NCBI GenBank assembly: GCA_023267195.1
Contig: JAHFNT010000002.1
Span: 23,830-87,829 of the forward strand
Source of the DNA: Candidatus Nomurabacteria bacterium
GTDB lineage: Bacteria; Patescibacteriota; Minisyncoccia; Phycocordibacterales; UBA9973
DNA length: 64,000 bases
Direction: 5' to 3'
A model generated the notes under the pieces. The model did no database searches and was not told the DNA's origin. It saw only the letters and a list, made by a program, of their open reading frames with translations. The number at the start of each line of letters is the position of its first letter. Within the stretch, counting starts at the first letter, position 1. Below are positions 1 to 10,194 of the stretch, piece by piece. Made by a program: the position numbers and the translations under genes.

Positions 1-8
1 GCAGTGTT

Positions 9-1802
9 TTGGCTATTTTAATTTATGCTTTTCTCTACCTAAGCGGAAAGGAGGCGCTGGGCAAAGAAATCTTAAAATGGGTGCTTTTTCTAGGCTCAAT
101 ACCGCTTTGGTATAACTTGATAAAAGAAATATTTAAAAAGAATTTCGGTGTTGACTTGATAGCTGGGGTTGCTCTATTTTCAACATTTTTCTTTGACCAA
201 TATTTAGCCGGAATGATAATTCTTTTAATGCTTTCTGGGGGAGAAGCCCTAGAGAGCTACGCTATGTTACGAGCGCGCCGAGACCTTTCTTCGCTATTAT
301 CCAGAGCTCCCAATAAGGCTCATGTGGCAGACGATGGACACATAAGAGATGTACCGATAGAGGAAGTAATCATCGGAGATAAAATAATAGTAAAGCCGGG
401 AGAAGTTGTACCAATAGATGGTATCGTTGAGGAGGGAAAGACTTTTATTGATGAGTCAACCCTCTCCGGTGAAAGCGAGCCAATAGAAAAAAATACTGGT
501 TCCTTGGTGTTTTCCGGAACTATAAATAAAAATGGAAACATAAAGATCAAAGCCACTAGACTCGCTAAAGAAAGCTCTTATGCGCATATAGTAGATCTCG
601 TTAGAAAAGCAGAACAAAGCCGAGCTCCGCTCGTGCGTCTGGCGGACCGCTACAGTGCCTATTTCACCGTTATTACTTTTCTATTTGCGGGGGGAACATG
701 GTTTTTGACGCACGACGTAATTAGAATGCTGGCAGTTTTAGTCGTGGCCACACCTTGTCCGCTCATTTTAGCCACCCCAATCGCTTTAATTTCAGGAATG
801 AGCAAAACAACGGCCCATGGCGTAATAGTGAAATCTGGGGGCGCGCTAGAAAAACTAGCTGAGGCAAAAAGTTTCTTATTTGACAAAACTGGAACAGTTA
901 CCCTAGGTACTCCTATGGTTACCCGAGTACTTTCTTATGAAGGTAAAGAGGATGAAGTTGTGCGAATTGCCAGCTCACTTGACCAGCTCTCTGCTCACGT
1001 GCTGGCGTCAGCCATGGTTTTTGAAGCGCAAAAAAGAAAATTAAAACTTTCATTTCCTACGGAGTTCAGAGAGGAATTCGGCGATGGTGTCACTGGGAAA
1101 ATTGATAATATCAAATACGTTTTTGGGAAATTTTCATATATTTGCAAACTTGTTCCAACGCTACCGGAAAATATTAAAAAAGATTATGAAAAATTTCAAG
1201 AAGAGGGGAAGTCTGTCGTATTTTTGGCTCGCGAAAATAATATTATTGGATATATTGTTCTTGATGACATCCTACGCGAAGATTCACATGATTTATTTGA
1301 TGGATTACGCATGGATGGTATTAAAAAAATCTTTTTACTTTCCGGAGATAAACAAAAAGTGGCTGATAAAATTGGGAAAATTTTAAAGATCAGAGAAATT
1401 TATGCTGAATGTAAACCAGAAGACAAGCTGCGCATTATTAAAGAAATACCAGACATATACAGACCGGTCGTTATGGTGGGTGATGGAATAAATGACGCTC
1501 CCGCACTAGCGCAAGCCGAGGTTGGAATCGCTTTAGGTTCGCGCGGGAAAACTGCTTCAAGTGATAGCGCTGACATAGTAGTATTAGGAGAGGGAATCGG
1601 ACCAATTAGAGATGTTTATCACATAGCAAAAAAGACTCTCGCGGTCGCCAAACAGGGTATCTTTATCGGTATTGGCCTGAGCATCGGGGCAATGGTTCTC
1701 GGTAGTTTAGGTATCATTTCTCCTCTAGCGGGAGCTTTAATCCAGGAGGGGATAGATGTGGTAGTTATTATTAATGCCTTGCGCGTCTCACAGATAATTT
1801 AA
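9..1802 (+). CDS. Heavy-metal P1B-type ATPase, P1B-5 subtype (probably 5'-truncated by the window edge)
   Basis: DKTGT phosphorylation motif, GDGINDAPAL hinge, TPCP in TM4, Q-x4-G-x3-S-x3-M (QGIFIGIGLSIGAM) and P-x6-QE-x2-D-x5-N (PLAGALIQEGIDVVVIIN), matching P1B-5 signatures. Confidence 0.9.
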   Translation: MAILIYAFLYLSGKEALGKEILKWVLFLGSIPLWYNLIKEIFKKNFGVDLIAGVALFSTFFFDQYLAGMIILLMLSGGEALESYAMLRARRDLSSLLSRAPNKAHVADDGHIRDVPIEEVIIGDKIIVKPGEVVPIDGIVEEGKTFIDESTLSGESEPIEKNTGSLVFSGTINKNGNIKIKATRLAKESSYAHIVDLVRKAEQSRAPLVRLADRYSAYFTVITFLFAGGTWFLTHDVIRMLAVLVVATPCPLILATPIALISGMSKTTAHGVIVKSGGALEKLAEAKSFLFDKTGTVTLGTPMVTRVLSYEGKEDEVVRIASSLDQLSAHVLASAMVFEAQKRKLKLSFPTEFREEFGDGVTGKIDNIKYVFGKFSYICKLVPTLPENIKKDYEKFQEEGKSVVFLARENNIIGYIVLDDILREDSHDLFDGLRMDGIKKIFLLSGDKQKVADKIGKILKIREIYAECKPEDKLRIIKEIPDIYRPVVMVGDGINDAPALAQAEVGIALGSRGKTASSDSADIVVLGEGIGPIRDVYHIAKKTLAVAKQGIFIGIGLSIGAMVLGSLGIISPLAGALIQEGIDVVVIINALRVSQII

Positions 1803-2341
1803 AAACTCTCCAAAGGGAACAAAACTGTTTTTAAATTCGGACATTTAGCTAGATCAATGTCTTCAATAAATTTTTGTTTATCATCAATGAATATAACTTT
1901 TTCGTTTTTATTTTGAGCACAAATTTTTTCCACAATTTCTTTTTTAGAACCAGGAACGATGTAAATTTCCTTGAATAAATCACCGATACTGCTGTATTTT
2001 ATTTTATCAGAATTAAATTCTTGCTCCCCATTTGTTATGATATAGCAGTTTTCTTTTCCTATTTTTTTTACCTTATCAATCAATGAAGTATTAACAAATT
2101 TAGAGCATTCAGTCATTATTTTTTTATATACTTCATTTATTTCTGATTTATTTATACCATTACGGTCAAAAAGGATGTTAATAAAATTCTTTAATGAAAA
2201 TTCTTTTTCTCTAACCTCCAAATAGTACGCGCGAGCTTCATGCTCCTCTACTCCAGCTTCCGCAAGCGTAGAAAACATATGTTTTTTGAACTGAGCTGTA
2301 TTGTTAAACAACACATCATCAAAATCAAAAATATATTTCAT
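1799..2341 (-). CDS. HAD-superfamily hydrolase
   Basis: N-terminal IFDFDDVLF motif I, ITN motif II, FIDD motif IV; start placed at MKYIFD. Confidence 0.75.
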   Translation of the reverse strand: MKYIFDFDDVLFNNTAQFKKHMFSTLAEAGVEEHEARAYYLEVREKEFSLKNFINILFDRNGINKSEINEVYKKIMTECSKFVNTSLIDKVKKIGKENCYIITNGEQEFNSDKIKYSSIGDLFKEIYIVPGSKKEIVEKICAQNKNEKVIFIDDKQKFIEDIDLAKCPNLKTVLFPLESF

Positions 2342-2352
2342 AATCAATTTTA

Positions 2353-3336
2353 TTAATTGTTTTTTTCTATTATCTTCTTGATGCAATCGGCTAATTTTTC
2401 CGAGTCATGACGAATGAAACTTCTTGAATCTCGTATTTTATCGGCTTTTCCATAAGTAAAAAATAAGTGTGACAATAGGGGTTCTCTGATAACCCTAGAG
2501 TCTTTAAAATCATCAGCGACCAAAACCCCATCTCCCTCCTCTAGTTTGTACCGTTCCTCTTGTTCCTTCGAAGGCGTTTCTGTGTTAACTAAAATGTAAT
2601 CAATAATTTTACCTAGATACTTCTCCATAACATTTACATAATTGCTGACTTTCCAGTGCATTGTGTGCCCTTGTTTATTAGTAAGATTAACCGGCAATAT
2701 TATTTTTGCCTTGCTTGCCAATAAAGCCTCACGAAAACCATCTACGATTAGACTCGGAATTATAGAAGTATAATAATCTCCCGGACCTAGGACAATATAA
2801 TCTGCCTCTATTAAGGCTTTCTTGGCGCTCTCATTTAAAGCCACGTTGTTTTCATAAAAAATTTTATCAATGCCTATATCTTGAAAATTATAATGGTCGA
2901 TGTTGGTTTCGCCTAGAATCAAGGAACCGTCTTTGAGCAACATGGATAAATGCGCCCTATCTTTGGTTATGGGTATCACTTTCCCTTTTACTTTTAAAAT
3001 ATCTGACGCTATTTCAACCCCTGTGGCAAAATCGCCAGTTACCCTCTCTAGGGCAAGGAGCAATATATTTCCAAAAGAATGGCTCGCTAAAAACCCTTCT
3101 TCAAATCTATAATTCATGAGCTTGCGGATAACTTCAGGGTGGTCACTAAGGGCAGAAAGACACAATCGCACATCACTTGGAGGCAATACTCCAAATTCAT
3201 CTCTCAGTATTTTGTTGGAACCCCCATCGTCCGCCATAGAGACAATAGCCGAAATAGAAATACCAGGTATATTTTTTAATCCAGATAAAATAGTATAACC
3301 TCCAGTACCTCCGCTCACAGTAACTATGTTTTTCAT
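2353..3336 (-). CDS. YvcK/CofD-like (gluconeogenesis factor, UPF0052) family protein
   Basis: GGTG, MADDGGS, LPPSDVR, HSFGN and GPG-x-YTSIIP motifs. Confidence 0.88.
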   Translation of the reverse strand: MKNIVTVSGGTGGYTILSGLKNIPGISISAIVSMADDGGSNKILRDEFGVLPPSDVRLCLSALSDHPEVIRKLMNYRFEEGFLASHSFGNILLLALERVTGDFATGVEIASDILKVKGKVIPITKDRAHLSMLLKDGSLILGETNIDHYNFQDIGIDKIFYENNVALNESAKKALIEADYIVLGPGDYYTSIIPSLIVDGFREALLASKAKIILPVNLTNKQGHTMHWKVSNYVNVMEKYLGKIIDYILVNTETPSKEQEERYKLEEGDGVLVADDFKDSRVIREPLLSHLFFTYGKADKIRDSRSFIRHDSEKLADCIKKIIEKNN

Positions 3337-3378
3337 AAATAATTTGTCTTTAATGTTCACATATTATACTATATCTAA

Positions 3379-6255
3379 ATGATTTCAAGGATATATGTGG
3401 CAGACAAGAAAGATCCAAAATTTGTGCAGTCATACCTCTTCACGCACTTCTTTTCCCCCCAAGAACTTACTAGAATTGCTAACGCGCTCACTAATCCGGT
3501 TTTAGAAAATTTTTCTATTAACTCATTTCCCAAGATTAAGAAAACTTTTGCCATGGAGATTGGCTTCAAGCCAGGTGTCACAGATAATGTGGCAAAAACA
3601 GTAAAAGAAACTGTTGTTGATCTCTTTCGGGGTAAGGCAAAACCATTTGAAATATATTCTTCTAAAATTTATTTTACTGAAACATCTTATAATCCGCTCA
3701 TTGAGCGAGCGCACATAGCTCTGAAAAAACACGGGGTAATTCATTTCCCTCTTGAAATTCCGAAGGTGGTTTTAAAAAAAGAAACACCAGTAATAAATAT
3801 CGATTTGGCAGTTTCCGATGAAGAGCTTCTGAAAATTAGCAGGGAGGGAGTAGCAAATAAAGATGGCCACGCCAAAGGACGGGCAGGCACTAGGCGTGGG
3901 CCACTGGCTCTTGATTTAGCATCAATGAAAACGATTCAGGAATATTTTAAAAAATTAAAAAGAAAGCCGACAGATATTGAATTGGAATCCTTGGCGCAAA
4001 CCTGGTCTGAACACTGCAAACATACTATTTTTGCCAACCCTATAGATGAAATAAAAGATGGCTTATATAAAACATACATTAAGGGTGCAACAAATTTAAT
4101 TCGTAAACAAAAAGTAGGCAAGGGGCAGCAAGATTTTTGTGTTTCGGTATTCAGTGACAATTCCGGCGGAATAATTTTTGATAAAGATTATTTGATTACC
4201 CATAAAGTAGAGACCCACAACAGCCCTTCAGCGCTGGATCCTTTTGGAGGAGCTATTACTGGAATAGTGGGAGTAAATCGCGACACTATTGGCTTCGGAC
4301 TCGGCGCCAAGCCGGTTGCGAATGTTTATGGTTTTTGTTTTGGATATCCCGAAGACAAAAAAAGATTTTTTAAAGATAAAAATTTACAGGAGGAAATGCT
4401 TCCACCAAAAAGAATTATAGATGGAGTAATTAAAGGCATAAATACTGGGGGCAATTGTTCGGGCATTCCAACCCTGTCTGGTTTTGTAAAATTTGATGAT
4501 AGATATCGCGCTAAACCTTTGGTTTTTGCTGGAACTGTAGGGTTAATTCCTAAAAAAATAAATGGTAAACCTTCGCATATGAAAAAAGCGGGGGTTGGCG
4601 ATTATGTAGTAGTGGTTGGTGGAAGAGTCGGTTTAGACGGGATTCACGGCGCGACATTCTCTTCAGTCGCAATGGATGCTAATTCACCCGCTACAGCGGT
4701 GCAAATAGGCGACCCAATAACTCAAAAGAAATTAAGTGATGCGATAATAAAAGAAGCAAGAGATCTAAGTTTATACACCAGTATCACTGACGACGGCGCT
4801 GGAGGATTGTCTTGTTCCGTGGCTGAAATGGCAAAGGAATCCGGCGGAGCAGAAGTTGATTTAGAAAAAGTGCCGCTTAAATATCCCGGTCTGCGCCCTT
4901 GGGAAATTTGGATTTCAGAATCACAGGAGCGCATGACGTTGTCTGTACCGAAAGATAAATGGAAAACTTTCCAGAAATTAATGGATAAAAGGGGGGTAGA
5001 AGCAACCATCATCGGAAAATTTACAAATTCTGGGAAATGTATCGTTAATTATAAAGGCAAAAAAATTATGGATATGGATATGGAATTCTTGCATGATGGA
5101 TTGCCGAAACATAATTTAACAACAGAAGCCATTTTACCCCTACCCAACCTCCCCCTTGGTAAGGGGGAGGAGAAAGGAGGGGGTCTAACCCAGACTCTAG
5201 AAAATTTACTTGCTCAAAAAAACATTTCTGGCTTTTCTTTTATCTCCGAGCAATACGATCACGAAGTGCAAGGAACATCTGTGTTGAAACCTCTCTCTGG
5301 GCGAGGCCGGATAAATACTGATGCGCAAGTTTTCAGGCCAGTTTTTAATTCAAATAAAGGAGTTGTGTTAACTTCTAGCACTTATCCTTCGTATGGAGAT
5401 ATTAGCACCTACCACATGGCTGCCTGTGCTATTGACACAGCCATAAGAAACATAGTTACCGCTGGCGGTAAACTTTCCCATTTAGCAATATTGGACAATT
5501 TCTGCTGGTGTTCGTCTAATGATCCTAGACGCCTAGCTCAGCTTAAAGATGCTGTGAAGGCTTGTTACGACTATGCTGTAGGATATAGTACACCATTTAT
5601 TTCTGGTAAGGACAGCATGTTTAATGATTTCAAAGGATACGACGAAAAGGGCAACCCTGTGGCTATTTCTATTCCTCCAACACTGCTTATTTCTGCTATT
5701 AGTGTTATGCCCAATTTACACAAAACAATCTCTCCTGAATTTAAAAAGGCTGGCGATATAATTTATTTGCTTGGAGAAACAAAGGACGAACTTGGTGGAG
5801 GAGAATATTTAAAAATGCTTGGAGTTGTTGGAAATAATGTGCCAAAAGTAAATTTAGAAAAAAACCTAAAAACATATCTGGTGCTGGAAAAAGCAATAGA
5901 AAAAGAACTCGTAGCTTCCGCACTTTCTGTAACTTCTGGTGGTATAGGAGTCGCGTTAGCTAAAGCATGCATTGGCGGAATGCTTGGTTGTAAAATCTCT
6001 TTAGACTCCATAGGCAAAGCCTACGGGGTGGATGTAAAATTGTTTTCCGAAAGCCAAGGGAGAATTTTAGTTTCAGTCCCTCCTAAAAATATTCCTGCAT
6101 TCGAAAAAATTATAAAAAATATTCCTCACACCAATTTAGGTAAGATTATAAAGGACGGAAAAATCATTGTAACGGCTGGAAAAAATAAAATTTTAGAAAC
6201 AAAAGTAAAAAAACTGCACAATGTTTATCATAGCTTTTCAGATAGTATGAAATAA
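3379..6255 (+). CDS. purL: FGAM synthase synthetase subunit with N-terminal PurS-like extension
   Basis: AQTWSEHCKH, KVETHNSPS, DGIHGATFSS, SESQERM, FISGKDS motifs; N-terminal PGVTDN segment. Confidence 0.95.
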   Translation: MISRIYVADKKDPKFVQSYLFTHFFSPQELTRIANALTNPVLENFSINSFPKIKKTFAMEIGFKPGVTDNVAKTVKETVVDLFRGKAKPFEIYSSKIYFTETSYNPLIERAHIALKKHGVIHFPLEIPKVVLKKETPVINIDLAVSDEELLKISREGVANKDGHAKGRAGTRRGPLALDLASMKTIQEYFKKLKRKPTDIELESLAQTWSEHCKHTIFANPIDEIKDGLYKTYIKGATNLIRKQKVGKGQQDFCVSVFSDNSGGIIFDKDYLITHKVETHNSPSALDPFGGAITGIVGVNRDTIGFGLGAKPVANVYGFCFGYPEDKKRFFKDKNLQEEMLPPKRIIDGVIKGINTGGNCSGIPTLSGFVKFDDRYRAKPLVFAGTVGLIPKKINGKPSHMKKAGVGDYVVVVGGRVGLDGIHGATFSSVAMDANSPATAVQIGDPITQKKLSDAIIKEARDLSLYTSITDDGAGGLSCSVAEMAKESGGAEVDLEKVPLKYPGLRPWEIWISESQERMTLSVPKDKWKTFQKLMDKRGVEATIIGKFTNSGKCIVNYKGKKIMDMDMEFLHDGLPKHNLTTEAILPLPNLPLGKGEEKGGGLTQTLENLLAQKNISGFSFISEQYDHEVQGTSVLKPLSGRGRINTDAQVFRPVFNSNKGVVLTSSTYPSYGDISTYHMAACAIDTAIRNIVTAGGKLSHLAILDNFCWCSSNDPRRLAQLKDAVKACYDYAVGYSTPFISGKDSMFNDFKGYDEKGNPVAISIPPTLLISAISVMPNLHKTISPEFKKAGDIIYLLGETKDELGGGEYLKMLGVVGNNVPKVNLEKNLKTYLVLEKAIEKELVASALSVTSGGIGVALAKACIGGMLGCKISLDSIGKAYGVDVKLFSESQGRILVSVPPKNIPAFEKIIKNIPHTNLGKIIKDGKIIVTAGKNKILETKVKKLHNVYHSFSDSMK
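3867..3887 (+). repeat. 21-bp in-frame element CCACGCCAAAGGACGGGCAGG in purL
   Basis: 19/21 identical to 50382-50402 in recR; encodes the extra segment HAKGRAG. Confidence 0.7.
5136..5184. repeat. GC-rich REP-like hairpin in frame in purL
   Basis: Perfect 10-bp stem CCTCCCCCTT-GGT-AAGGGGGAGG (5148-5170) with outer ACCCC/GGGGT; encodes LPLPNLPLGKGEEKGGG. Confidence 0.7.
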
Positions 6256-6285
6256 TCACATATCAGCCATGGCGTATATGTAAAT

Positions 6286-8028
6286 ATGACACAAAAAACA
6301 GAAAACCGAATATGCCAAAATTGTAAAAAAGATTTCGTCATTGAGCCGGAAGATTTTAATTTTTATGAAAAAATAAAAGTCCCTCCGCCAACTTTTTGCG
6401 CTGACTGTCGAGCGCAAAGAAGAATGAGTTTTATGAATGAACGAACTCTCTATAAAAGAAAATGTGATCTGACGGGTGGATCAATAATTTCTCTTTTTCC
6501 TGAAAATTCTGAAGTACCTGTGTATTCTCCTAAAGCGTGGTGGAGCGATGAATGGAATGCAATGGACTATGGACAAGAGTATGACTTTTCAAAACCTTTT
6601 TTTGAACAATTTAGTAAACTTTTGAGGCGAGTTCCGCAGTTTGCTCTCCAAAATCAATACACCACCCTGATTCGTACAGAATACGTGAATATGGGCACAA
6701 ATCTAAAAGACTGTTATATGGTATTCAATACTTCGTACAGCGAAGAATCAGCCTATACAACCTTTTTCCTGCATGGTAAAAAGTGTTTTGACATTTACAA
6801 AGGTGAAAAGCTTGAGCTTTGTTATGAAAGCTCACGACTGCATCAGTGTTATCGAGCTTTATACTGTGAGGATTCAGCCGATAGTTTTGATATTTCTTTT
6901 TCATACGACTTAAGAAATTGCAATAACTGTTTCGGGTGTTCGGGGTTGGTAGGCAAATCTTATTGTATTTTTAATCAACAACATACGAAAGAAGAATATG
7001 TTGAAGAAATTAAAAAATATAATCTTGGATCATACAAGACCGTAGAAGAGATAAAAAAGAAAGCAGAAAAAATAAGACAAACGCTTCCGAGAAGATTCAT
7101 GGAAGCAAGTCATAATGTAAATATAACTGGAAACAGGATATATAATTCCAAAAATTCTTATAACTGCTTTGAGGTAAACGGTCTTGAAAATAGTAAGTAT
7201 TGCCAATTTGTATATTACAAACCCGCACGGGATTGTTACGATATGACTTTGTGGGGACAAAATGCAACACGTGTTTATGAGTGTATGGGAGCGGGAGACA
7301 GCCAGGATATGATTAAGTTTTCCTTTGATTGTTGGGCGCCCGCAACGAACATTGAGTACTCGTATCACATTACTACACAAAATAAAAATCTTTTTGGTTG
7401 TGTTGGATTAAAAAATAAAGATTACTGTATTCTTAACAAGCAGTACACAAAAGAAGAGTACGAGGAGATGATTCCTAAAATAAAAAAACATATGGATGAA
7501 ATGCCTTACATAGATAAACGAGGGGTAGTTTACAAGTACGGAGAATTTTTCCCTTCAGAAATTTCACTTTTTGCCTATAATGAAAGTTTTGCTAATAGTT
7601 ACTTTCCTTTAGTGGAAGAAGAAGCAATTAAAAAAGGTTTCAGATGGAAAGAGATATCTATAAATAAATATGAGATTACCGTTACGGCCAAAGACTTGCC
7701 AGACGATATCAAGGACGTTGATGAGCCAATTTTAAACCAAGTTATTGAATGTGAAATTTCTAAACGGGCATTTCGCATAACCCCCTCAGAATTTCAATTC
7801 TACAAATCTATGAATATTCCACTTCCACGCCTTCATCCAGATGAACGCCATAAAAACAGATTAAGCAGAGAAAATCCACTGAAGCTCTGGCATAGAACTT
7901 GTATGTGCGATAAGGCAAATCATTATAATCATACAAGTCAATGCGAAGTAGAATTTGAAACAAGTTATGCGCCAGAGCGGCCAGAAATTATATACTGTGA
8001 AAAGTGTTATCAACAAGAAGTATATTAA
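6286..8028 (+). CDS. Cys-rich multi-zinc-ribbon protein, paralog 1 (function unknown)
   Basis: CQNC...TFCxxCR N-terminus, two CFGC..L..K.YCI.N.Q.TKEEY repeats, C-terminal YCEKCYQQEVY; homologous to four other ORFs in the window. Confidence 0.9.
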   Translation: MTQKTENRICQNCKKDFVIEPEDFNFYEKIKVPPPTFCADCRAQRRMSFMNERTLYKRKCDLTGGSIISLFPENSEVPVYSPKAWWSDEWNAMDYGQEYDFSKPFFEQFSKLLRRVPQFALQNQYTTLIRTEYVNMGTNLKDCYMVFNTSYSEESAYTTFFLHGKKCFDIYKGEKLELCYESSRLHQCYRALYCEDSADSFDISFSYDLRNCNNCFGCSGLVGKSYCIFNQQHTKEEYVEEIKKYNLGSYKTVEEIKKKAEKIRQTLPRRFMEASHNVNITGNRIYNSKNSYNCFEVNGLENSKYCQFVYYKPARDCYDMTLWGQNATRVYECMGAGDSQDMIKFSFDCWAPATNIEYSYHITTQNKNLFGCVGLKNKDYCILNKQYTKEEYEEMIPKIKKHMDEMPYIDKRGVVYKYGEFFPSEISLFAYNESFANSYFPLVEEEAIKKGFRWKEISINKYEITVTAKDLPDDIKDVDEPILNQVIECEISKRAFRITPSEFQFYKSMNIPLPRLHPDERHKNRLSRENPLKLWHRTCMCDKANHYNHTSQCEVEFETSYAPERPEIIYCEKCYQQEVY

Positions 8029-8029
8029 A

Positions 8030-8800
8030 ATGAAACACAATAAACCAAAAATTATAATTTTATCCGGATATGGGTTGAACTGCGAGGAAGAAACAAAGTT
8101 CGCTTTTGAGTGGGTGGGTGGCAACGTGAATATTGTACACATTAACGATCTTATAGCGAAGCCAGGGATGCTTAAAGAATATGACATTATGGTTTTCCCG
8201 GGTGGATTTTCGTATGGAGATGATACTGGGAGCGGAAAAGCTTATGCTAATAAATTTAAAAATCATTTAGCAAAAGAACTCGCGGAATTTTTATCGCGCG
8301 ATACGCTAGTGATTGGTATTTGTAACGGATTTCAAATCATCACCAATCTCGGAATTTTACCCGGTGGACTTACGTATAATAAAAATGAAAAATATTTAGA
8401 TAGGTGGGTTGACTTGGAAGTAAAAGGCGAGAGCCCTTGGCTTTCCGGAATTAAAAAAATATCACTGCCAATCGCGCACGGCGAGGGACATTATGTTATT
8501 TCCCAAAAAGAATATAAAGAAATGGAAAAAAGAAAACAAATTGCTTTTACTTATACTAAGGGAGAAATCTGTAATTTTCAAAACTTAGAGAAAAACCCAA
8601 ACGGTTCTGATTATGACATTGCTGGAGTTTTGGCATATAATGGCAGGGTACTGGGGCTTATGCCACACCCAGAACGTGCAATGTTTCCACACCAGAGCCC
8701 GCTTTGGCAAATGAACAAAACTAAACAAAAGGAGGGGGCAGGTTTACAGATTTTTAAAAACGCAATTAATTATTTCAGAAAAAATAAGCGACGAAAATGA
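8030..8800 (+). CDS. purQ: FGAM synthase glutaminase subunit
   Basis: PGGFSYGD, GICNGFQ, AHGEG, MPHPER; start placed at ATG 8030. Confidence 0.95.
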   Translation: MKHNKPKIIILSGYGLNCEEETKFAFEWVGGNVNIVHINDLIAKPGMLKEYDIMVFPGGFSYGDDTGSGKAYANKFKNHLAKELAEFLSRDTLVIGICNGFQIITNLGILPGGLTYNKNEKYLDRWVDLEVKGESPWLSGIKKISLPIAHGEGHYVISQKEYKEMEKRKQIAFTYTKGEICNFQNLEKNPNGSDYDIAGVLAYNGRVLGLMPHPERAMFPHQSPLWQMNKTKQKEGAGLQIFKNAINYFRKNKRRK

Positions 8801-10194
8801 ACGAACTGAAAGAAAAATGTGGAATCGTGGGCATATACGGGGCTTCGTTGCCTGTTTCTAGACTGGCGTTTTTCGCTTTGTTTGCGCTTCAACATAGAGG
8901 TCAAGAGGCCTCTGGCCTCACTACAAGCGACGGCAGAAAACTTCACACCCATAAAGGCGCCGGATTAGTGGCTCAAGTTTATAAAGAAAAAGATATAGAC
9001 AGTTTAAAAGGGTTTTTGGGTATAGGCCATAATAGATACTCGACCTCTGCCGGAGAAGCCCTAGACCATGCTCAGCCGGTGGTCAACGTGGAAAATTCTT
9101 TTGCGCTCGCCCACAACGGAAATCTGCCGAGTGTAAAAATGCTGGAGAAATTTCTTTCATCAAAAAAAATACCGACGAAGAACCACTCTGATTCTGAGCT
9201 TGTAACTGATGCTATTAGTTTTTATCTAAAAAATAATAATTCAATAATTGAGTCGGTGAAGAAAGTTTTCCCTCTGATTACCGGAGCTTTTTCTATGGTC
9301 ATGATGGATAAAAATAATTTAGTAGCGGTCCGAGATTCTTGCGGTATGCGCCCGCTATCGCTTGGCACTATAGGCAAGGGTTATGTTGTGGCTTCAGAAA
9401 CTTGCGCGCTCGATACAATCGGCGCATCTTTTGTGCGCGAAATAATCCCAGGAGAAATGATAATAATAAATAAAAATGGCTTAAAAAGCATAAAACTGGC
9501 AAAACCCAATCCCAAGCACGATATCTTTGAATACGTATATTTTGCCCGCCCAGATAGTATTTTTAATGGAAAATTAATTTATGAGGTAAGAAAAAACTTT
9601 GGCAAAACACTAGCACGAGAATGTTTGCTCAAAGTAGATATGATTGTACCTGTACCTGATACAGGCGTACCGGTGGCGCTCGGATACAGTGAAGTCTCAG
9701 GTATCCCTATGGAAATGGCCTTAGTGAAAAATCGCTACGTACATAGAACTTTTATTGAGCCTAGCCAAAAATCACGAGAACATAGCGTGGCTCTCAAGTT
9801 AATACCTTTAAAGTCAATACTAAAAGGTAAAACAATCGCCGTTATTGATGATTCAATAGTACGGGGAACAACCAGTAAAAGATTAGTTGAAACATTATTC
9901 AAGGCAGGCGCCAAGGAGGTTCATTTTTTAGTGTCCTCACCACCTGTGCGATATCCAGATTTTTACGGAATCGACACTCCGAAACAAAAAGAACTTATTG
10001 CTTCAAATAAAAATATTAAACAAATCAGAAAATTCCTAGGAGCCACCTCCCTCTATTTTCTATCACTCAAGGGTTTACTGGACTCAATCGGCCTACCCAA
10101 AGAACATCTATCCACTTCGCTTTTTACTGGTATTTACCCTATTGATCTAAAAGAAAGAAAACACGAAATAAATTATGATACCCCCAAAGAATAA
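8797..10194 (+). CDS. purF: Amidophosphoribosyltransferase
   Basis: EKCGIVG, LQHRGQE, HNRYST, DDSIVRGTTS. Confidence 0.97.
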   Translation: MNELKEKCGIVGIYGASLPVSRLAFFALFALQHRGQEASGLTTSDGRKLHTHKGAGLVAQVYKEKDIDSLKGFLGIGHNRYSTSAGEALDHAQPVVNVENSFALAHNGNLPSVKMLEKFLSSKKIPTKNHSDSELVTDAISFYLKNNNSIIESVKKVFPLITGAFSMVMMDKNNLVAVRDSCGMRPLSLGTIGKGYVVASETCALDTIGASFVREIIPGEMIIINKNGLKSIKLAKPNPKHDIFEYVYFARPDSIFNGKLIYEVRKNFGKTLARECLLKVDMIVPVPDTGVPVALGYSEVSGIPMEMALVKNRYVHRTFIEPSQKSREHSVALKLIPLKSILKGKTIAVIDDSIVRGTTSKRLVETLFKAGAKEVHFLVSSPPVRYPDFYGIDTPKQKELIASNKNIKQIRKFLGATSLYFLSLKGLLDSIGLPKEHLSTSLFTGIYPIDLKERKHEINYDTPKE

